From an uncultured Nitrospinaceae bacterium (GTDB taxonomy: Bacteria; UBA8248): a stretch of 58,306 bases of DNA. The stretch is from the NCBI GenBank assembly GCA_964558115.1, contig CAZLCI010000003.1, positions 1 to 58,306 of the forward strand. Reading direction: 5' to 3'. Both the position numbers and the translations under genes were made by a program. The notes under the pieces are model-generated. The model worked only from the letters and a program-made list of their open reading frames with translations, was not told where the DNA came from and did not search any database. Shown piece after piece: positions 52,873 to 58,306 of this stretch (the first letter of the stretch is position 1; each line of letters starts with the position of its first letter).

Positions 52873-52909
52873 GCGGTTCCTGAAAAGCAATTCTTTTTGA
52901 AAGCAAAAA

Positions 52910-54322
52910 ATGAACACTTTATTAAAAAATGAAACTATAGTCGCTTTGTCCACCCCTGTTGGCGTAGGGGCAATATCTATTGTTAGGCTTAGCGGTCCCA
53001 ATGTAAGACAAATTTTAAGCAAAATTTTTATTTCTAAGACCTCGGCCAAGGAGCTGCCAAAAAGGACGCCCGTCCTTGGAAATTTTATAGACATTGATGG
53101 TGAAATTTTTGACGAAGGACAGGTTGTTTTATATGAAAAGCCCAACTCTTACACCGGGGAAGATTTGGCAGAACTGTTCTGTCATGGAAGTATAGCAATT
53201 TATCAGTTTTTGATAGAGTCAGCATGTTCAGCTGGGGCAAGAGTTGCGGGGCCAGGGGAGTTCACAAGAAGAGCTTTTATTGAAGGAAAGATTGATCTGG
53301 TTCAATCCGAGTCAGTTGCGGATCTAATTTCCTCTGAAACAAGGACCTCTGCAAAAATAGCTCTTTCTCAATTACAAGGAACCCTTTCGGCGTGTTTAGA
53401 GGAAATATGGCAACAGATAGTCGAAATAGGCGCACATCTGGAAGCCTCTATTGATTTTCCAGATGAGTTTGAGCCGGGCGCAGGCCCTATGGTGCAAGGG
53501 AGGCCGCTTTTCGGCGAAGAGTTGGCACCTCTTTTTGCTAATACGGAAAAATCACTGAAAGATTTAGAGGATTCATTTCGATCTGGAAAAATTCTAAGAG
53601 AGGGCGCTCGAATTGCTATAATCGGGAGGCCAAATGTTGGAAAATCCACCCTTTTAAACAATCTATTAGGAGAAGAAAGGTCGATTACTAGCGATATCCC
53701 TGGAACAACGAGAGATACCATTGAAGAGGTTTGTGATGTAAATGGAATACCCGTACGATTTATTGATACCGCGGGCCTTAGAAATACTCGGGACCTTATA
53801 GAAAAAGAAGGAACCAAGAGAGCATATGATGCCGCCAAAACCGCAGATCTTTGTCTTTTGGTTTTGGACGCATGCAATGCAAAATCTGAATTTGAATGGG
53901 CGCAGGAGGAGGCAAAAAAAATAGAAACAAGCAAGTTGATTGTTTTAAACAAAACAGATCTTGTTTTCTCTGACATATCGGTCGAATGGAGTCCCGGCAT
54001 TCAAAGTGTTTCAATTTCCGCGCTCCAAAAAAAAGGGTTAGATTTGCTTAAAAATTCTGTTTTTGAGATTTTAACAGGAGGAAATCATCGAGAAGGAAAA
54101 ATGTTGCATACGATTTTAACAAACGAAAGACACAAAAATTTAATCAACAAGGCAAGATTGGCCCTTAAGGAAGCTTTTGTTTTATGTGAAAAAGGCTATT
54201 CCCCAGAACTTATAGCGGTTCACTTAAATGATTCTAGTGCCGCATTTTCTGAAATTCTTGGAAAAAGCTACGGAGACTCGCTTTTAGATAAGATTTTTTC
54301 AGAGTTTTGTATTGGAAAATAA
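52910..54322 (+). CDS. mnmE: tRNA modification GTPase MnmE (TrmE)
   Basis: 470 aa with the N-terminal block TIVALSTP.G.GAISIVRLSG, a G-domain (GRPNVGKST, DTAGLR, NKTD) and the C-terminal CIGK motif. Confidence 0.95.
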   Translation: MNTLLKNETIVALSTPVGVGAISIVRLSGPNVRQILSKIFISKTSAKELPKRTPVLGNFIDIDGEIFDEGQVVLYEKPNSYTGEDLAELFCHGSIAIYQFLIESACSAGARVAGPGEFTRRAFIEGKIDLVQSESVADLISSETRTSAKIALSQLQGTLSACLEEIWQQIVEIGAHLEASIDFPDEFEPGAGPMVQGRPLFGEELAPLFANTEKSLKDLEDSFRSGKILREGARIAIIGRPNVGKSTLLNNLLGEERSITSDIPGTTRDTIEEVCDVNGIPVRFIDTAGLRNTRDLIEKEGTKRAYDAAKTADLCLLVLDACNAKSEFEWAQEEAKKIETSKLIVLNKTDLVFSDISVEWSPGIQSVSISALQKKGLDLLKNSVFEILTGGNHREGKMLHTILTNERHKNLINKARLALKEAFVLCEKGYSPELIAVHLNDSSAAFSEILGKSYGDSLLDKIFSEFCIGK

Positions 54323-54368
54323 TCTGCTATAGATATAAATCAAAATTTTTTAATAATTTAAGGACGAA

Positions 54369-56282
54369 ATGGACAAGAATAATTTTGACGTAATTGTCGT
54401 TGGCGCCGGACATGCTGGATGCGAGGCTGCATTAGCTGCAGCCAGAAAAGGTTCAAGGGTTCTTCTTTTGTCAATGAATCTTGATACGGTTGGGCTGATG
54501 TCTTGCAATCCTGCTATCGGAGGGCTTGCCAAGGGTGTTTTAGTCAGAGAAATAGATGCTCTTGGTGGAGAGATGGGAAGAGCGATAGACAAAACAGGGA
54601 TTCAGTTTAGAATGCTGAACACAAAAAAGGGTCCTGCTGTACAAGCTCTCAGAGCACAAGCAGACAAACAAGAGTACCGGTTGTATATGAAACATTTCGT
54701 TGAAAACCAGAAGAACCTTGTTTTGAAACAAGGTATGTTAAAAAAGATAATAATTAAAAACGATCGGGTTCTTGGCATCGAAACACAGTTTGGCGAAGAA
54801 ATACAGGCCCCCGCAGTTGTATTAACACCAGGGACTTTTACGAGGGGCCTCTTGCACTATGGGAAAAAACAAATCAAGGGAGGAAGAGCGGGAGAGGGAT
54901 CTGCGAATGAATTTTCTGATCAGTTAGTCGATCTTGGTTTTAAAATTGAAAGAATGAAAACAGGAACTCCGCCAAGGCTAGACTCAAAAACCATTGATTT
55001 TAAAGGTCTTGAAGTTCAGCCAGGCGATAATCCTCCTATACCGTTCTCTTTTCGAACAAAAGAATTGCTTCAAAATCAGTTGCCCTGCTGGATAACCTAT
55101 ACTAACGAGGCAACTCACTCGATCATAAGAAAGAACATTGACAGATCGCCTATGTACAATGGCCAAATTAGCGCTACTGGTGTTAGGTATTGTCCTAGCA
55201 TCGAAGACAAGATTATGAGGTTTGAAGGGAAGACCTCGCATCAAATATTTTTAGAGCCTGAAGGGCTGAGGACATGCGAAATTTATGTTAATGGCCTTTC
55301 CACGAGCCTTCCGGTGGACATACAAAAGCAAATAATTCAAACGATTCCAGGGCTAGAAAACGCCGAGATGATGAGGGCTGGATATGCAGTAGAGTATGAT
55401 TTTGTTTGCCCGATGGAACTTGATAATTCTCTTATGACCAATAAAATCAATGGGTTATTCCATGCCGGGCAAATCAATGGAACCACTGGGTACGAAGAAG
55501 CGGCAGCTCAAGGCATTATGGCTGGGATAAACGCTTCTTCTTATGCAAATAACGACGCTCCTTTTACTTTGGGACGCGATGATGCCTATTTAGGGGTTCT
55601 GGTAGACGATCTGGTCACAAAAGGAACTGTTGAGCCTTACAGAATGTTTACAAGCAGGGCTGAGCACAGACTTCTTTTAAGACACGATAACGCAGACTAT
55701 AGGCTAACAGAAATGGGGCACAGGGCTGGAGTTGTAAGCCCAGAGAGTTACAATTTTTTCTTAGATAAAAAGCAGAAAACTTCAGATATGCTTGATTATT
55801 TTGAGACAACTAAAATTTATCCGAGTCCTGAAGTCCAGTCTTCCTTGGAAGCTTTGGGCAGCTCTCCTCTTAAGAAGCCCTATAAGCTTTCTGAAATATT
55901 GAGAAGGCCTGAAATTAATTTGATGGATTTAGTCGAAGCAAATCTGTCAGATGCTCCTAGCCTTGAAAATTTATGGGAGTGCCTTGACAGTGAAGGAAGA
56001 AGGTATGTTTCTGCAGAAGTAAAATACAAAGAATATTTCCAAAGAGAAAAACAGCAGGTTATAAGACTTAGATCTGCTGACAAGGTTCCCATACCCGAAA
56101 GTATTTCTTACGATCAAGTCACGCACTTAACGGCTGAGGCAAGGCAAAGATTGGCTAAAGTCAAGCCTAAAAGTCTCGGCCAGGCAAGTAGGGTATCAGG
56201 CGTAACGCCAGCTGCAATAGCTGTTTTGGAGGTCTATTTAAAAAGGCTCTCTGGCAAACCAAAAGAAAATCAAGCTTCCTAG
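54369..56282 (+). CDS. mnmG: tRNA uridine 5-carboxymethylaminomethyl modification enzyme MnmG (GidA)
   Basis: 637 aa with FDVIVVGAGHAGCEAALAAAR and conserved GidA blocks throughout (GPRYCPSIEDK-like: GVRYCPSIEDKI). Confidence 0.97.
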   Translation: MDKNNFDVIVVGAGHAGCEAALAAARKGSRVLLLSMNLDTVGLMSCNPAIGGLAKGVLVREIDALGGEMGRAIDKTGIQFRMLNTKKGPAVQALRAQADKQEYRLYMKHFVENQKNLVLKQGMLKKIIIKNDRVLGIETQFGEEIQAPAVVLTPGTFTRGLLHYGKKQIKGGRAGEGSANEFSDQLVDLGFKIERMKTGTPPRLDSKTIDFKGLEVQPGDNPPIPFSFRTKELLQNQLPCWITYTNEATHSIIRKNIDRSPMYNGQISATGVRYCPSIEDKIMRFEGKTSHQIFLEPEGLRTCEIYVNGLSTSLPVDIQKQIIQTIPGLENAEMMRAGYAVEYDFVCPMELDNSLMTNKINGLFHAGQINGTTGYEEAAAQGIMAGINASSYANNDAPFTLGRDDAYLGVLVDDLVTKGTVEPYRMFTSRAEHRLLLRHDNADYRLTEMGHRAGVVSPESYNFFLDKKQKTSDMLDYFETTKIYPSPEVQSSLEALGSSPLKKPYKLSEILRRPEINLMDLVEANLSDAPSLENLWECLDSEGRRYVSAEVKYKEYFQREKQQVIRLRSADKVPIPESISYDQVTHLTAEARQRLAKVKPKSLGQASRVSGVTPAAIAVLEVYLKRLSGKPKENQAS

Positions 56283-56303
56283 ATTAATCCCAATTTATTA
56301 AAA

Positions 56304-56319
56304 TGTTCCACGTGAAACA
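56304..56319. other. parS centromere-like site 1
   Basis: TGTTCCACGTGAAACA matches the canonical parS consensus TGTTNCACGTGAAACA exactly. Confidence 0.85.
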
Positions 56320-56339
56320 TCAAAAAATAAAGTTGTTTC

Positions 56340-56355
56340 TGTTCCACGTGAAACA
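56340..56355. other. parS centromere-like site 2
   Basis: This is an identical second copy of TGTTCCACGTGAAACA. Its start lies 36 bp after that of site 1, upstream of parA. Confidence 0.85.
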
Positions 56356-56447
56356 AAAGTATGGTTATAATGGGCTGTGTTTTTTTATTTAAATTTTTCT
56401 TGTCACAATATTATAGGCTGTATTTTTAATCAAAGAAGGAATTTTCA

Positions 56448-57293
56448 TTGATTGGCGATAATGAGTTTTGGCAAAATTCAGGCTTGATAAACAATAAAGA
56501 CAAACATTCAAAAAAGGCTTATGTAGTAGCGGTTGCGAATCAAAAGGGTGGGGTTGGCAAAACCACTACCGCAGTAAACCTTTCTGCATGTTTGGCCAAG
56601 AAGGGAAAAAAAGTGCTCCTTTTTGATTTAGATCCACAATCTAACGCTTCAAGTTCGCTGGGCTCTACTGCAGACGAAAACAACCTTTACAATCTTCTGA
56701 TTAGCGATAATGCGCCGAGCAATGAATTCGTTCAAGTAACTGATATTAAAGGACTTATGGTATTTCCGTCAACCTCAGATTTGGCTGCAGCAGAGGTTGA
56801 ATTAGCCGATGTTCCTGATCGTATTGGTAGACTGGAAAGGATTGTGAGCTTTTTTCAAAATCATTTCGATCTTATTGTTGTTGACTGTCCACCGTCTCTT
56901 GGTTTTTTGACTTTAAATGCATTTAATGCTTCTGATGAACTTTTAATACCAATGCAAGCTGAATATTTTGCTCTTGAAGGTCTAGCACGCCTTATGAAAA
57001 CTATTGAAAGAATTTCTCATTCAAATGATTTTTCGAAGAATCCTAAAATTGGAGGAATTATTCTTACAATGTATGATACCAGGACAAATCTTTCAAAACA
57101 GGTTTCGGATGAGGTTAAGAATCATGTCTCTAATCTATTGTATGAGGTTAAAATTCCAAGAAATATTAAATTAGCAGAAGCTCCAAGTCATGGACTTCCA
57201 GTGATCTCATATGACCCGTATTCACAGGGGGCAAAAGCTTATATACAGTTAGCGGAAGAATTTTTAAGAAGACTGAAAGAAAACGAACTATAA
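56448..57293 (+). CDS. parA: Chromosome partitioning ATPase ParA (Soj)
   Basis: 281 aa with the deviant Walker A block VANQKGGVGKTTTAVNL and further ParA blocks (DCPPSLG, PRNIKLAEAPSHG). The apparent start is a TTG. About 20 aa of N-terminal extension is uncertain. Confidence 0.9.
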   Translation: MIGDNEFWQNSGLINNKDKHSKKAYVVAVANQKGGVGKTTTAVNLSACLAKKGKKVLLFDLDPQSNASSSLGSTADENNLYNLLISDNAPSNEFVQVTDIKGLMVFPSTSDLAAAEVELADVPDRIGRLERIVSFFQNHFDLIVVDCPPSLGFLTLNAFNASDELLIPMQAEYFALEGLARLMKTIERISHSNDFSKNPKIGGIILTMYDTRTNLSKQVSDEVKNHVSNLLYEVKIPRNIKLAEAPSHGLPVISYDPYSQGAKAYIQLAEEFLRRLKENEL

Positions 57294-57322
57294 AACGAGA
57301 AGAAGAAAGGAGGGGCTAATAA

Positions 57323-58234
57323 ATGGCGAAAAAAGCTTTAGGTCGTGGTTTGGATGCACTTTTATCAGCTTCAAAATCCGAAGAGGTTATTTCATCAGAT
57401 TTTCCTGAGAAATCTGACGAAATAAATTTAAATCTAGTCGAACAGATACAGTTAAGTAAAATAGAATCGGGAAAACATCAACCGCGCGAAGTATTTGACG
57501 AGGAAGAATTGAAAAATCTAGCAACTTCAGTTTCTAACCACGGAGTGATACAGCCTATATTATTAAAAAAAATAGGCGAAGATAGATTTGAGATTATAGC
57601 TGGAGAAAGAAGATGGCGTGCGGCTAAAATGGCAAATCTTAGCACAATCCCCGCAATTTTTACTGATATTATGGAGAAAGAAACTCTTGAAGTCTCAATA
57701 GTGGAAAATCTTCAAAGATCAGATTTAAATCCAATAGAAGAATCAAAAGCTTACGATAGTTTAATGATTAAATATAACCTCACCCAGGAAGAAGTTGCTG
57801 AACGCGTTGGCAAGGATCGTTCTACAATCGCAAATTATATTCGATTATTGAAACTTCCCGAGTTAGTGCAGAAAAGAGTCGCAGATGGTGAGCATACAAT
57901 GGGACATGCAAGAGCCTTGCTTTCTTTAATTAAAACAGAACTGATTATAAAATTCAGTGAAAAAGCTATTAAAAGTAATTTATCTGTTAGGCAGCTTGAA
58001 TCAGAAATCAAAATGTATACAAATGGCAATACCAAAAGGAAAAAGAATGATCTCCAAGACAACAACCTGTCTGGTCTGCAAAATAATGTTTTTGTGGAGG
58101 ATGCTATTGAAAAAATTCGTTCCAGTCTTGGAACTAAAGTAGGAATTAAAGGAAATGACCACAGGGGATTGTTGGTAATAGAGTATTATTCTAAGGAAAC
58201 TCTTGAAGGTATTATAAATAAAATTCTTAACTGA
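57323..58234 (+). CDS. parB: Chromosome partitioning protein ParB (Spo0J)
   Basis: 303 aa with the N-terminal block KKALGRGLDALL, the ParB box GERRWRAA, and an HTH (LTQEEVAERVGKDRSTIANYIRLL). Confidence 0.95.
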   Translation: MAKKALGRGLDALLSASKSEEVISSDFPEKSDEINLNLVEQIQLSKIESGKHQPREVFDEEELKNLATSVSNHGVIQPILLKKIGEDRFEIIAGERRWRAAKMANLSTIPAIFTDIMEKETLEVSIVENLQRSDLNPIEESKAYDSLMIKYNLTQEEVAERVGKDRSTIANYIRLLKLPELVQKRVADGEHTMGHARALLSLIKTELIIKFSEKAIKSNLSVRQLESEIKMYTNGNTKRKKNDLQDNNLSGLQNNVFVEDAIEKIRSSLGTKVGIKGNDHRGLLVIEYYSKETLEGIINKILN

Positions 58235-58306
58235 TGTTTATAATAAAATTTTTTTTCTTTCTTTTTAATATGCAATTCAATCAATTAGAATTGATTTTTC
58301 ATTATT

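Noticed and set aside
58234-58306. A possible new plus-strand gene starting at an ATG that overlaps the parB stop (TGATG), reading MFIIKFFFFLFNMQFNQLELIFHY...
   Set aside because: Only 24 codons are visible before the window ends, and the sequence is T-rich and low-complexity. There is not enough evidence to call a CDS.

Overview
This is a visibly AT-rich, gene-dense chromosomal segment of about 60 CDS from a Gram-negative bacterium. YidC has a large periplasmic domain and GyrB is the long form. The content is almost entirely core housekeeping and is origin-proximal. On the minus strand it holds an F-type ATP synthase operon with b-prime, b, delta, alpha, gamma, beta and epsilon but no a or c subunits, a complete iscRSUA-hscBA-fdx-iscX Fe-S operon, and gyrA, gyrB, recF and dnaA. 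On the plus strand, diverging from dnaA, it holds rpmH-rnpA-yidD-yidC, mnmE, mnmG, two perfect parS sites and parAB. Scattered between these are acyl-CoA and small-molecule metabolism genes: two family III CoA-transferases, two enoyl-CoA hydratases, and MmgE/PrpD, FAH, LLM oxidoreductase, HDAC-like and MFS genes. I saw no rRNA, tRNA, CRISPR, transposase, integrase or defence genes. The most interesting signal is recoding. Two thioredoxin-fold genes appear truncated in the ORF track: a glutaredoxin/NrdH-like redoxin just upstream of trxB, and a membrane-anchored DsbA-like oxidoreductase just downstream of yidC. Each becomes full-length if an in-frame TGA at the first Cys of the CxxC motif is read through, giving U-P-P-C and U-P-D-C. 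These are predicted selenoproteins. Secondary observations: dnaN is absent between dnaA and recF, where an AT-rich, repeat-bearing candidate oriC sits instead. There is a GC-rich terminator or attenuator hairpin inside the isc operon, a candidate iscR promoter and operator, an orphan nuoI-like ferredoxin next to trxB, and a Tim44-like protein with an R/G/F/S low-complexity region. The lineage guess, a deltaproteobacteria-like marine organism, rests only on atp operon organisation and Sec usage and is weak.
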